A stretch of DNA of 64,000 bases, from the NCBI RefSeq assembly GCF_006345805.1, contig NC_043001.1:121334001-121398000 (forward strand), given 5' to 3'. The translations under genes were made by a program, and so were the position numbers. The notes beneath the pieces were generated by a model. The model searched no databases and had not been told where the DNA came from. It saw only the letters and a program-made list of their open reading frames with translations. Shown here piece after piece: positions 39,311 to 53,540 of this stretch; the stretch's first letter is position 1; every line of letters begins with the position of its first letter. Source of the stretch: Octopus sinensis (taxonomy: Eukaryota).

Positions 39311-39544
39311 TATTATTATTTATCATTATTAAGGCGGAGAGCTGGCAGAATCGTTAGCATTTCGGGCAAAATGCTTGGTGATATTTCATCCATCATTAGT
39401 TTCTGAGTTCAAATTCCCCCGAGGTCAACTTCGCATTTCCTCATTTCGAGGTCTATAAATTAAATACCAGTTCTGTACTTGGGGTATGTAATCGACTAAC
39501 TCACTACCTAAAATATTTCAGGCCTTGTGCCTATAGTAAAAGGG

Positions 39545-39795
39545 TAAAGACCCCCTTCGGTCATGAATGACCATGGGATTGCACCTAGAAAGTTACCCTC
39601 CTAGACACAAGTCCGGGCAAGGTTGTTTATGGAAGACCAGCAGCCGCCCATGCATACCGGCCTCCCCTCTCCACGCCACCAGTGTTATCCAAGGGAAAGA
39701 CAAAGGCCGATACAGCTTGGCACCTGTGACGTCGCAACTCATTTCTACAGTTGAGTGAACTGGGGCAACGTGAAATAAAGTGCCTTGCTCAAGAA
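39545..39795 (-). mobile_element. SINE fragment (family C)
   Basis: Contains gagtgaactggggcaacgtgaaataaagtgccttgctcaagaacac, a core related to the SINE-like pieces at about 25200-25300 and 41720-41830. Confidence 0.6.
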
Positions 39796-39822
39796 CACAT
39801 ATAGTAGGAACGACTATTATTA

Positions 39823-39877
<55 letters not shown>

Positions 39878-40132
39878 TAGTTTAAATTCTTTCGTCTCAT
39901 ACACTATCACCTCAGCGACTCTCTGCTACGCCTATTTCTTCTTATCCCGCTTATTTCATATTAAAAATAATGTCTACTTATCTACTGTTTGTCAAGTGGA
40001 TTGTTTATCAAATAATTTATACTCGGAACAATTGTACATATTTCTCTGGTTAAAACGGAATTTCCCACTTGGTGCGGCTAAATATTTTAGTAATTCTTTG
40101 AATGAATATACGCACATACACAACACACACAC

Positions 40133-40164
<32 letters not shown>

Positions 40165-40219
40165 TTGTGTGTGTATGTGTGTGTATGTATATATATATAT
40201 ATATATATATCTATATATA

Positions 40220-40266
<47 letters not shown>

Positions 40267-40332
40267 GCATTATAGAAATATGTTACAGAAAGAAAATGTA
40301 AAATACCCGTGGAAATGTAATGATAAAATATG

Positions 40333-40420
<88 letters not shown>

Positions 40421-40630
40421 GAGAGAGACTTTTAGTGGGGGGCAACCAGATCGAACCATCTCAAGTGTAACTGCCCGAGATGGTCGTGTCCTCTGGGACT
40501 TGACTGAGGAAAGAAAGCCATGAATGAGCCGTTTTTTTGCCTGTCCTCCTAATCAGTGTTTCTCTTGTCCGCCTTTTTATCGTCTGAATCTTTTATTGTC
40601 CTCTATTGCGATTTTTTTATCACATGTATA

Positions 40631-40661
<31 letters not shown>

Positions 40662-40983
40662 CTATATATCAATCTATTTATAGAAGTTTCTGATTGTTTA
40701 TCTGTCTAATTATTTTTCGAATTATCTCTCTCTCTTTCTCTCTTTCTTTCTTTTTTCTTCCTCTCTCTCTCCTTCTCTCTCTCTCTCTCTCTGTTCCAAC
40801 TTTCATTTTCTCTGACTTTTTTCTCCTTCTCTCTTCCTCTCTTCTCTCTTTCTCTCATCGTGTTGCTATTTTCAGTGTGCTGGTGCTCCTCATAGGACCT
40901 TTAATTATTAATTAATGATGCTTTACCTTATGGGATTGTTTTTACGCGTGCTTGCCATTTGATATTATTGTAAGCAATAATAT

Positions 40984-41038
<55 letters not shown>

Positions 41039-44000
41039 CTAATACACAGGTGTGTATGATTGTGTATGGAAGAATACATTACTGAAAGAAATTCCAACTT
41101 TGATTTTCATGATTTATTTACAATCTTATAATAATATATAAGATAAGAATTACATAATGAAGGGATAGAATATCAAATATCCACTCTGATTGAACTAGTA
41201 CTTTCATGCATTCTTCAAGTTGTATAAAAGTAGTTATTGTCTGCATCATTCGAAAGAGAAATAAATTTTGCATAAGGTGTAAAAGATAGAGAGGATCTGT
41301 ATGGTGTTAGTAGCAAAATATTTTGTTAGAAATAGGACTATTATTATCGGTCTTAAATTTAATTTCGCCAGTGTAGATATGTGTGTGTATAAATATTAAT
41401 TGTACATCTTAACAGGAAAGTAGCAAAGATTGTTTTACCTCGATAATGCCCGTTCCAAAAATGACTTCAATTTTAATTTTTTACACAAATGAAATAGGGT
41501 TTCTCCACTAATCTCATATACTATTACCTCATGAAAGTTTATTGTCTCATTTTGCGACTTGTGTCGGATAAGAATACTGACCGAAGTACACAATTGCTAT
41601 AACCCGTTATGTGTTTTTTTAACGGCAGTGTCAGTATTTTCTGTCGATGTATGCGATTCGCTGTATTTTAATATCCGGAAAATAAATCCATTTTCCAGCA
41701 ATTCACCATTCCTCCACGACGCAAAGTAATATGAGATGAGGTGTCTTGCTTAAGAACGCAATACAACTCCCGCTCCGGGAATTGAAACCGCGATCTCGTT
41801 ATCGAGAATGCAACACCATTAACAGCGTGGCCATACGCATGGGACACCAATTATATTATTAAACATGGTACATGACATCTGTAGGCGTGACAGCATCCCA
41901 GAAATCCTTCTTTTCTACTAGGCGTTTTCCTGAAGCAACACCCACTGAATTTTCATGGAACCCCAAAAAGATCTGAGCGTTACTCCTAAGAGATGTCTCT
42001 TGTCAAATAACGATATGGCGTTGTATCATGTAATGATAGAAAGTCTGACGCAGAAAATTGCAGAGTTTGATGTGGTGATACAAAGTCTGAGACTGAGGCC
42101 AATTTTAGGTTCATATCTTTGTTTGATTGTTTTTGTTGTGTTTTACTTTGGGTGTTGTTGTCGACGTTGTTGTTTGCCTTGAATGATCGTAATTTTGCAC
42201 AAAGGCATTCCAACTATAACCAACTAAATTATTTTTATTCCAACATTAGCAACCATGCCCTCCATTGTGTAAAATAAGAGTGTGTGATTGGAAAGAGATT
42301 TCGCAGCTATTTCCAGATGTTTGATGGAAAACATTATAAATATATCTGCGTCACAAGCCAATGTTTCCTGAATGAATAAAGCTATGATCAGAGGATATCC
42401 AGTCGTCATCTTCCCATCCATTTAGTTATATAGCATTGTGTCCGGTCTCTAGGTGAGCAGGGTTTTCCTTGATTTCAATTGCTTAAGTACACATGCAACT
42501 AAAAACCCATAGCACACTTGTGTGTATACTACTAAATACATGCTTGTAAACTCCTCAGATCTGAGTGCTTCGCCACCTTCCCGTCCCCGCAGGACTTTCC
42601 AATAAAAAATAAGTTGTACAGTTAAAAAATATACAGCTTAAATAAAAAATATAATATTAAACAAGAATATCCAAGCAAAATAAACGGCAATGCCTGTACA
42701 CAAATTTACAAGTTGCTTTGCAGCGTTTCCGTCGTCTATTCGCGTTCTGAGTTCCTTTCCTGTCGAACTCCCCTTTGCCTTTCATTTCTCAGAGGTGCTA
42801 AAATCCAATTAGTAGACTGTCCACTTCCTCCACAAAACAACAACCACTGGCCTTGTACCTGAGCCAGAGACAACATTATATGAGCGGCAGTCTAAGATTT
42901 CAGGACAAAGAATTGCTACGCGGTGTCATATGTAATCATGTATGGTTATATAAATATGCATCAGGATATATACATACACAAACACGCACAAATATATGTG
43001 CGTGTATGTGTGTGTGTGTGTAAATGTACCTGTGTGTGTTTGAGTATGTGAATGTGTGCAATTATGTACGTTTCTGTATATATATAAATATATATATATA
43101 TGCATAGGCTTAGGAGTGTCTGTGTGGTAAGTAGCTTGTTTACCAATCACATGGTTCCGGGTTCAGTCCCACAGCGTGGCACTTTAGGCAAGAGTCTTCT
43201 ACTATAGCCTCGGGTCGAGCAAAGCCTTGTGAGTGGATTTGGTAGACAGAAACTGGAAGAAGCCCGTCGTATATATGTATAAATATATATGTGTGTGTGT
43301 GTCTATATGTTTGTATGTGTTATTTTATTGCTCACTTTTGCCGATCCGCTATGTTAAGAGAGTTGTAAAAAAAACATGCTGCCAAGCTGTGAATGGAGAA
43401 TAAACATACACACATATGTCTTATTTTATTGGTCACTTTTTCCGATCCGCTATGTTAAGGAGGGTGTCATGTTTGCCTGGAACCAAATGCTCACCGAAAA
43501 ATGATCGTCAGGAAAAACGTTATTGTATTAAGTCTCATATTTCTAGAAGGATAGTGAGAGAGGGAAAAATAAATCATATATATATGTGTGTATATATAAA
43601 TGATAAATATTAAAATAAAAGTAACAAAAATTGGTTTACCTTTATAACGCCGGCTCCAAATATTACTTCAGTTTGAATTTTTAACAGAAATTAAATAAGT
43701 TTTATCCACTTATCTAAATAATCTATGGCCTCATATAAATTTTTTGTCTCACGTCGCAGCTGCTATCCGATAAGCATATTTAATGAAATACCCTGTTGTA
43801 ATAATTCTCTATATTTTTTAAAACGAGAGTGGCAGTATTTTACCTTGATGTATGTGATTGGCTGAAATTCTTTAATATCCGGAAAATGAATCCATTTTCA
43901 AGCTAGTCACCATTCCTACACGTCAAGTGTTGAAATGGTTGCTGTGTAACATTAGTTGAAGTGTTTTGCGCGCCATAGGCCTCTCGGTCCTGTATATGAA

Positions 44001-44928
44001 TTCACGAACTTGTTATCGTGAATAGCATCCCTAATCACGACTTCATGTGTTCTCGACTTCCTTTATATTACCAAAACTTTATTTTTCATATGTCCTGACA
44101 ACACCCAGAGAATATTCTTATCTACTTGACACATTTCTAAAACAAACGCCATTGTTTTTATCGATGATTGGGATGGCGATATCTGCTCAAAGACACGACC
44201 TCATCTCACTAGTTACTAAAATGCAAACCCGACGAACTTTCCTCGTTTCCCAGAATATATTTCAGTTGGTTGTAAAGTATGCTTGTTGTTCACTGGCGGC
44301 AAGACTATGACCACAGGCGTTTCGGTCATGATCACCCCGTCGATTTACTTATTTTGCAATGTGCGTTGTGTTCTATCCTTGGTTAAGACGGTAGAGAGTG
44401 AGACAATGGAATATCATTGTCTCAAATGCCTACGACAGGGCTGATAGCGCAAATGTTCAAGTAATGGACATTCATTAGTCCTGAAACCTACATCTTCAAT
44501 AATTTTTGTAATACATCACATGATGTGGATGTTAATTTTCATAGCTCTCTCCGAAATATAAGTCCGACCTTACTATCAAGATAAAACATCAATTTATTAA
44601 ATAACATCTAGGACTGAATTATTCTGCTACTTGCAGAAGAATGAATGTGATATTCTACGTGGTTTACTCTCCATGTGTGTTTAGCATATTGTAACTTTCA
44701 TGTACATGGGTTATCTCAAGTAGAACATACCCTCGAATATTTAGGGGCGTCCAGTTCACCCTGTGTACTTGTCGCAGGACTCACACGGCAGATGCAGGTA
44801 CTAGAGGGTAAAGACGGTACTAATTCCCTAAGTTCACGTGAGCATCCGCATACCAATTTATTATTATTCCATATACAAACAACAGTTTAGATTGTGTGAG
44901 TACGTTTGTGTGTATATATATTATATAG

Positions 44929-44962
<34 letters not shown>

Positions 44963-45630
44963 GTAAATTTATATACATATATGTATAATCTATATATATG
45001 ATATATATATATATGTATATATATATATAGATATATATATATATTATTTATATATTATATATATGTATATATTAAAGTATATATTGGCGTCTAAGTGAAT
45101 GTGTGTGTGTGTGAGTACATGCAGAAGTGTACGGCGTTCAACAAAACACACAGACACACACACACGCGAACATACACACACACTCACACATATATGTTAT
45201 ATATATATATATATATATGTATATACACACATAGGCGTAGGAGTGGCTGTATGGTAAGTAGCTTGTTACCAACCACATGGTCCGGGTTCAGTACCACTGG
45301 GTGGCATCTTGGGCGAGTGTCTTGTACTATAGCCTCGGGCGATCAAAGCCTCGTGTGAGTGGATCTCGTAGACGGAAACTGCAGGATGCCCCGTGGTAAA
45401 TATGTACATGTTTGGCCGAGGGCTATAGTAGAAAACACTTACCCAAGCTGCCACACAGTGGGACTGATCCGGAACCAGGTGGTTGGTAAGCAAGCTACTT
45501 ACCACTCAGCCACTCCTCCGCCTACAGTCTCAAAGACTGAACATTATTTTAGAATTCTCTATCTTATATTTCCTTACACGCCCCCATACATATATATTTA
45601 TATATTATATATATATACACTAATATATAC

Positions 45631-45671
<41 letters not shown>

Positions 45672-45795
45672 TATTATATAATATATATATATATATAATA
45701 TATATGTATAAGGGTGGAAAGGAACACACGAGTTGATATATATGAAAAAACAAGTCAAAAATAGAAATGCTAAGATAATTTTATAGTGAATCTTT

Positions 45796-45833
45796 CAGTA
45801 CCGGTTTCGGTCAATTTGAGACATTTTCAACTG
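45796..45833 (-). ncRNA. Hammerhead-ribozyme-like motif (minimal type I, U3/A8 core variant) in the Penelope pLTR
   Basis: CAG UUGAAAA UGUC-UCAAAUU-GACC GAAA CCGG UA CUG; the first stem II pair is mismatched. Confidence 0.5.
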
Positions 45834-47335
45834 TAACGATTAAATAATTAAATTTAGAAAAATTAGAGAAAAGTTTTTTTTAAAAGAATATTTCTGTAGT
45901 AGTGTTCAGATATAAGTAGCATTCTGCCTTTCTCTGACTCCCTTGTTTGCACTTGTGTGTTCGAGGCGTTTTGAGTTCTTGGTGGGATAGGTGAAAGAAT
46001 AATGAGGCTGATGTGGAGAGGGGTGGGGAAATCGGGGAATGCCTTAATGGTCGTATTTTGAATGGTCAGTGGCTGACAGTGGCTGACAGTAGTCGCAGTT
46101 CAATTCAGGAATTGTTTATGGAATTGCGTAGGCGGTTATACTGAAAGACATTAGTGACAAGGTTAAGGGGTGGAAGGTGGAGAAGTAGAAGAAGAAGAAG
46201 ATGACGATGTTGATGATGATGATGATGAAGAAGAAGAAGAAGAAAGAAGAGAACGAGAGAGATAGAAGATGGTGGTGGATGATGGATGGTGATGATGATG
46301 ACGACGATGATGATGATATGATGGTGATGAAGAAGAAGAGGAAGAGAAGAAGAAGAAAAAAACAGAAGGGAGAATATGAATGGGTGTAAGTATAGCTTTG
46401 AGGGGCTGATTAGTAATGGATTCTATGGAGTGTAATATTGTGTGTGTATATATTTCTTTTATTCTAAAGTTGAGGTATATTAATTGTTTGTGTAGACCGT
46501 TAAGAAGTGGCTTGTATTTTGTAATAAAGAGATTTCTTTACTATTCGTTGTCTCGAGGTTGTATCGTCCCTAAATTGGTAGAGGGGGTAAATTCTGAAGT
46601 TTGGTGTTTTTTTGTGTGGCGCAAGTATCTATGTGTTGGCTAAAAGCTATTTTTCTGTTTTGGGGAATTTTTATCTGGGATCTGTGCAGGGCCATTCGTT
46701 TACGCAAACCATTTTTTGTTTGGCCTATGTAGCTCTTGACACCCGGAGCAGGTTAGTGAGTATATTAGGTTCTCCGAAGCACATGTGAAGTTGCTTTTCA
46801 CTGTAAACCGTTTTGTCCCTGTTTGAAGGAGAACTCTGATCCCTCAATTAGATAGTCGCATATCCTGCAATTGGGTTTCACATTTTTTTACTGTCGGCTT
46901 CTGTGTTGAAGAGTGAATTCGGGCTTGTGTAAGGAGACTTTTCATGGATCTAGGCTGTCTTTTCTTTTTGATGACGTGTGTGTTTGGAGGATTGGTTCAT
47001 TCTGTGGTCTTTTTTAGGAGGGGTATGTTGTGGAGGATGGTGTCGAAGGCTTCGTTATTGAGAGGGTTGTGTGTGGAGATGTATGGTAAGGCTTTTGGTT
47101 GTTAAGTTTTTCTTTGATTTGGGATGTCTCAGTTCCTTGATGTTAGTTGAAGGGCACGTTGAATGCACTTGTCAATAAGTGAAGGTGGATAGTTCCTGGT
47201 GATAAGGGTATCACACAAGTGCAAACAAGGGAGTCAAGAAAGCAGAATGCTACTTATATCTGAACACTACTACAGAAATATTCTTTTAAAGAAACTTTTT
47301 CTTCTAATTTTTCTAAATTTAATTATTTAATCGTA

Positions 47336-47372
47336 CAGTTGAAAGGTCTCAAAATGACCGAAACCGGTACTG
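47336..47372 (+). ncRNA. Hammerhead-ribozyme-like motif in the inverted pLTR copy
   Basis: CAG UUGAAA GGUC-UCAAAAU-GACC GAAA CCGG UA CUG; stem II is intact but the core is one nt short. Confidence 0.5.
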
Positions 47373-47428
47373 AAAGATTCACTATAAAATCATCTTAGCA
47401 TTTTCTATTTTTGACTTGTTTTTTTTTC

Positions 47429-47514
<86 letters not shown>

Positions 47515-47815
47515 CCTTTTAGCTGAAGGCAGAGATTTATTGTACAGATTAAATTAAGTATATGAAGAAGACAAGCTTTATATATTTTATTTCAGGAAAA
47601 ATTGATTCACAAATTTTGAATTTCCTTGAAATATAAAAATCCAAGACATTTTCCTTCGTTTAAATTTATCAACTATTTTTGAGATTCTTTAAAAACATAT
47701 AAACATTCTCTTCTTGTAAACATACATGAAATCCTGGACACAATTTTTATTGTTTATAAAATGATTTGAGACAAGCAGCTCAACTGTGTATATAAAAGTA
47801 TATATGTTCGTGTTC

Positions 47816-47848
<33 letters not shown>

Positions 47849-49675
47849 TGTATGTATGTATGTATGTATGTATGTATGTATGTATGTATGTATGTGTGTG
47901 TATGTATGTGTGTATGTATGTGTGTATGTATGTGTGTATGTATGTGTGTATGTATGTATGTATGTATGTATGTATGTATGTATGTGAAGTATATAAAAAT
48001 TTATATAATGATCAAGCTATAAAAATATTCTATATATAAAAATTAGTGAGAAGGCAGATATACAGTAAAAATATAATTACACATTTATTGGATGGCTTTT
48101 GATTCTCAAGAGTTCCTCCGCTCTTTAACGGGTTATTTTTTTCATGTCCAATAAACACCCTCCTCACCAAGCAAGCTTCGTGTACGTATGTATGTATGTA
48201 TAGAAAATCCATCATTGAAGCATGCTGTAAATGTGTTAGTACCTGATAAACTTGCTACATTTCCGAATATAGTAGTTCCACAAATAGATACACAGAAAAT
48301 ATGCGCCAGACCTACAGAGAAATACTGGGGTTCATATGATCCATCGATCATACCAAGTTAATTGTCCTGGATGGCCATGCTTCAATGATTAAAACATCTA
48401 ACTCCCATATTATATAGCTTGAAATCTCTCCACTGCCACCACCATTTAGTCTGTTAATTTATATCCATCTACAAACGTCACACTAACCCTTCAATTATTA
48501 TTCATGTCTTTCTTTCTCATCTACAATCTACACTTTTACATAATTATTTCCATTTTTCTTTCAATTTACTGGACAATTCCACAGAATTCATCAATAATAT
48601 TTCGAAATTTAACAAATTATGATAGATTATTTTTTTCAAATACAATACTTAAATGTAATCTATAAAACTATAATCGTTTTAAACTTAATTGTATGTTTAA
48701 CATAATTTAATTCTTATCCAGTAACACTATGGCCAAAGGCGTTCTAACCATGACCTTCCCATATTCTTTATTATCTAATATGTTTACCTCGCGCTGCATT
48801 TTAGAGATCCATTGTTGATTCATATTACTGTTTATAATTACTCAAATTTTAAAATTGAAATAAAATCATTAAAAAAATTTCATTGATTGAAAGACGAAAG
48901 GGAAACATATAGTAGAGTTGTTAATGTAACTCATTGTATTCTGGGTTCAAATCCTGCTAAAAAAAATATCATTCTGAAGTGGTGGTCTTCTGGAATTAGA
49001 TATTGGATGCGATGCCTTGCAGTATTTAATGTAGTCCTATATTTCATGAGTTGAAATCCCTATATTAATGTAGACCTATATTTTATGAGTTGAAATGCGT
49101 GGTTGGTAAAATTCTCGCTGACTAAGCTTTGAAAAAAAGACGTTATCAAAAATCTTTTTTTAAAATTTCACTCGAAAGTTAGAAATCCAGTGTTAACTAC
49201 CTAAAATATTGTATCATTAGATGAACATTTCCAGTTTTTTAATTACCATCAAAAAGATTTTACAAAGATATAACCAAATTATATTTTATATTATATTCTG
49301 GAAATGAAGAGTTTCTTTACTTATAATATAACACCAGAAAATGTTTAAAATTGTGTGTGTGAAAAGAAAACAAATTCCTATGAAACAGTATATTTACGTT
49401 TGAAATTGTTGTAATGAATATTTAACGCTGTAAATGTGTTAGTAATTTGAGTGTTAAACAAATATATATGAAAAGAAAATTATTTACCAAATTCGAATAT
49501 TATTTTCTGATTCAGGTTGAAGTCTTTCTATCTGAGAAAAATTCAGCGTCCGCTTTGTTCAAACGACGATGAAAATGTGACACTACCAACAGTTAAACGA
49601 AACTTCTAATGAATCAGGAGGTAGTAGGCACGACCTCTTCATGTATATGTGTGTCTGTATGTGTCTATATATTCA

Positions 49676-49753
<78 letters not shown>

Positions 49754-50130
49754 TATATATATGTATGTATATATATATGTATGTATTAAGCCCGCCACCT
49801 TAATTATGATGATGACTAATTATGGCAAATACAGGATTCTGTTCCAGCACAAACATTGTAATTATCTCTTTAATTACTAACCAAACAGAAATAGCAGCTT
49901 GACAATCCCGTATATGCATAATGCATATATAGTTTTATGCATGTGTGTATATCATTCTATATATCAATATCTCAATATGCATATATATACATGTAATATA
50001 TATATATATATATATATAATATATTATATATATAATATATATATATTATATATATTTATATACATATATATATATACATATAATTATATAATATATAATA
50101 TAGAGAGAGATTGATAGCTAGATAGATAGG

Positions 50131-50174
<44 letters not shown>

Positions 50175-51559
50175 ATAGATAGATAGATAGATATGCGTTA
50201 GTGTGTGCTAAATATTGGTTCGTTTCTTGTTAAATAAATAACATTGTATTTGTGAAAGAAAATTTGTCCACCCATCCTTTGCTTAACAACCACTTGAGTT
50301 TACAGGCAAACACATCATGTGTGTGTGTGTGTGTGTGTGTCTGTGTGTGTCTGTGTGTTTCTAATACTCAGTGCAGATGGCATCCGTTTGATAGCAGTTC
50401 GTGGAATGTTAAAGTTCTCATTTTGTTTTTCCCTCATTAATTTCCTGATCTCATAATTGGATCACGCATATTTACGATAATTAATATCGTATCATTAATT
50501 TATAGACACACAGACAGAGTTTAAGATGAAAAGATGTTCATTCAAGCAGCGTTAAATGGCCCAAATGAAATTAAAATGCTTTCCCTCAGTTTAGTTTGAA
50601 ACAGTATCTACGTATCCGGGTCCCAATTAATTTCAATTTTCTGTTGCCGGATTTAAGTTCGATGCAAGTAAGCGGAGATAACTCTCGAAATATAGGCGGG
50701 GTTGGGGTATGTGTTAAGTAGCTTGCGTACCAAGCACATAGTTCCGGGTTCACTCCCACTGGGTGGCATCTTGGGCGAGTGTCTTGTACTATAGCCTCGG
50801 CCGACCAAAGCCTTGTGAGTGGATCTCGTAGAGGGAAAGTGAAGGAAGCCCCGTCGTAAATATGTACATGTTTGGCCCGAGGCTGTAGTAGAAAACACTT
50901 GCACAAGCTGCCACACAGTGGGACTGATCTCGGAACCAGGTGGTTGGTAAACAAGCTACTTACCTCTCAGCCACTCCTACGCCTACAGTCTCAAAGACTG
51001 AAAATTATTGTAGAATTCTCTATCTTATATTTTCCTTACACGCTCCCATACACACACATATATATATATATATATAGATATATATAAAACCTTTCAGCTG
51101 AAGGCAGAGATTTATTGTATAGATTAAATTAAAGTATATGAAGAAGACAAGCTTTATATTTTTTATTTCAGGAAAAAATTGATTCACAAATTTTGAATTT
51201 CCTTGAAATATAAAAATCCAAAATATTTTCATTCTTTCAAATTTATCAAATATTTTTGAGATTCCTTAGAAACATATAAACATTCTTTTCTTGTAAACAT
51301 ACTTGAAATCCTGGACACAATTTTTATTGTTTATAAAATGATTTGAGAAACCCAGTATATATGTTCATGTTCATGTATGTATGTATGTTCGTATGTATGT
51401 ATGTGTGAACGTATGAATGTATGTTTGTATGTATGTATGTATGTATGTATGTATGTATGTATGTATGTTTGTATGTATGTATGTTTGTATGTATGTATGT
51501 ATGTATGTATGTATGTTTGTATGTATGTATGTTTGTATGTATGTATGTATGTATATATG

Positions 51560-51592
<33 letters not shown>

Positions 51593-53319
51593 GAAGTATA
51601 TAAAAATTTATATAATGATCAAGCTATAAAAATATTCTATATATAAAAATTAGTGAGAAGGCAGATATACAGTAAAACTATAATTACACATTTATTGGAT
51701 GGCTGTTGATTCTCAAGAGTTCTTCTGCCCTTTAACGGGTTATTTTTTTCATGTCCAATAAACACCCTCCTCACCAAGCAAGCTTCGTGTACGTATGTAT
51801 GTATGTATAGAAAATCCATCATTGAAGCATGCTGTAAATGTGTTAGTACCTGATAAACTTGCTACATTTCCGAATATAGTAGTTCCACAAATAGATACAC
51901 AGAAAATATGCGCCAGACCTACAGAGAAATACTGGGGTTCATATGATCCTTCGAACATATCAATTTCATGCTCCTGGATGGCCGCGCTTCAATGATTAAA
52001 ACATCAAACTCACATATTATATAGCTTGAAATCTCTCCACTGCCACCCACCGTTTAGTCTGTTAATTTATATCCATCTACAAACGTCACACTCACCCTTC
52101 AATTATTATCATGTCTTTCTTTTCTCATCTACAATCTACACTTTTACATAATTATTTCCATTTCTCTTTCAATTCACTGGACAATTCCACAGAATTCATC
52201 AATAATATTTCGAAATTTAACAAATTATGATAGATTATTTTTCTCAAATACAATACTTAAATGTAATCTATAAAACTATAATCGTTTTAAACTTAATTGT
52301 ATGTGTAACTTAAGTTAATTCTTATCCAGTAACACTATGGCCAAAGTCGTTCTAACCACGACCTTCCCATATTCTTTTTTATCTAATATGTTAACCTCAC
52401 GCTACATTTCAGACACTCCATTGTTGATTCATATTACTGTTTATAATTATTCAAATTTTAAAATTGAAATAAAATCATTTAAAAAATTTCATTGATTGAA
52501 AGCCAAAGGAGATAAAATTAGTAGAGTTGTTATTGGTATTAATGTAACTCTTTGTATTCTGGGTTCAAATCCTGCGAAGGTCATTTTGATTTTTATTATG
52601 CAAGTGTTGGTAAAAAAAAATTCCAGTCTGAAGTGGTGGTCTTCTGGAATTAGATATTGGACGCGATGCCTTGCATTATTTAATGTAGTCCTATATTTTA
52701 TGAGTTGAAATCCCTATATTAATGTAGACCTATATTTTATGAGTTGAAATGCGTGGTTTGTAAAATTCTCGTTGACTAAGCTTTGAAAAAAAGAAGTTAT
52801 CAAAAAACGATTTTTTAAATTTCACTTGAGAGTTAGAAATTCAGTGTTAACTAACTAAAATATTGTATCATTAGATGAACATTTCCAGCATTTTAATTAC
52901 CATGAAAGAGATTTTAAAAAGATATAACCAAATTATATTTAATATTATATTCTGGAAATGAAAAGTTTCTTTACTTATAATATAACACCATAAAATGTTT
53001 AAAATTGTGTGTGTGAAAAGAAACAAATTCCTATGAAACAGTATATTTACGTTTGAAATAGTTGTAATGAATATTTAACGATGTAAATGTGTTAGTAAGT
53101 TGAGTGTTAAACAAATATATATGAAAAGAAAATTATTTACCAAATTCGAATATTATGTTCTGATTCGGGTTGAAGTCTTTCTCTCTCAGAAAACTTCAGC
53201 GTCCGCTTTGTTCAAACGACGATGAAAATGTGACACTACCAACAGTTAAAAGGAAACTTCTAATGAATCAGGAAGTCGTAGGCACGACCTCCCCATGTAT
53301 ATGTGTGTCCGTATGTGTC

Positions 53320-53370
<51 letters not shown>

Positions 53371-53501
53371 GTATATATAGACACATATATATATAGAGAG
53401 AGAGAGATTTATATATCTATATATATGTATACATATATATACATTTATATATATTAATATATATAGATAGATAGATATATTTGTATGGGTGTATGCATAT
53501 A

Positions 53502-53540
<39 letters not shown>

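Larger units (their letters stand above)
45705..47430 (-). mobile_element. 5'-truncated Penelope-like element: GIY-YIG endonuclease remnant, 3' pLTR and inverted pLTR copy
   Basis: Minus strand encodes NCRICDYL..FTCASENLIYSLTCSGCQE..YIGQT..LRKRM..H. 45740-45960 is the reverse complement of 47212-47430. Inserted in a (TA)n tract and absent from units 2 and 3. Confidence 0.88.

Noticed and set aside
48142-48351. 69-aa ORF (..GSYEPQYFSVGLAHIF..) kept in all three tandem units, plus + strand readings such as MAFDSQEF..
   Set aside because: Retention is expected from recent duplication. The differences I checked are non-synonymous, upstream stops occur in two copies, and I recognise no domain or consistent exon structure.
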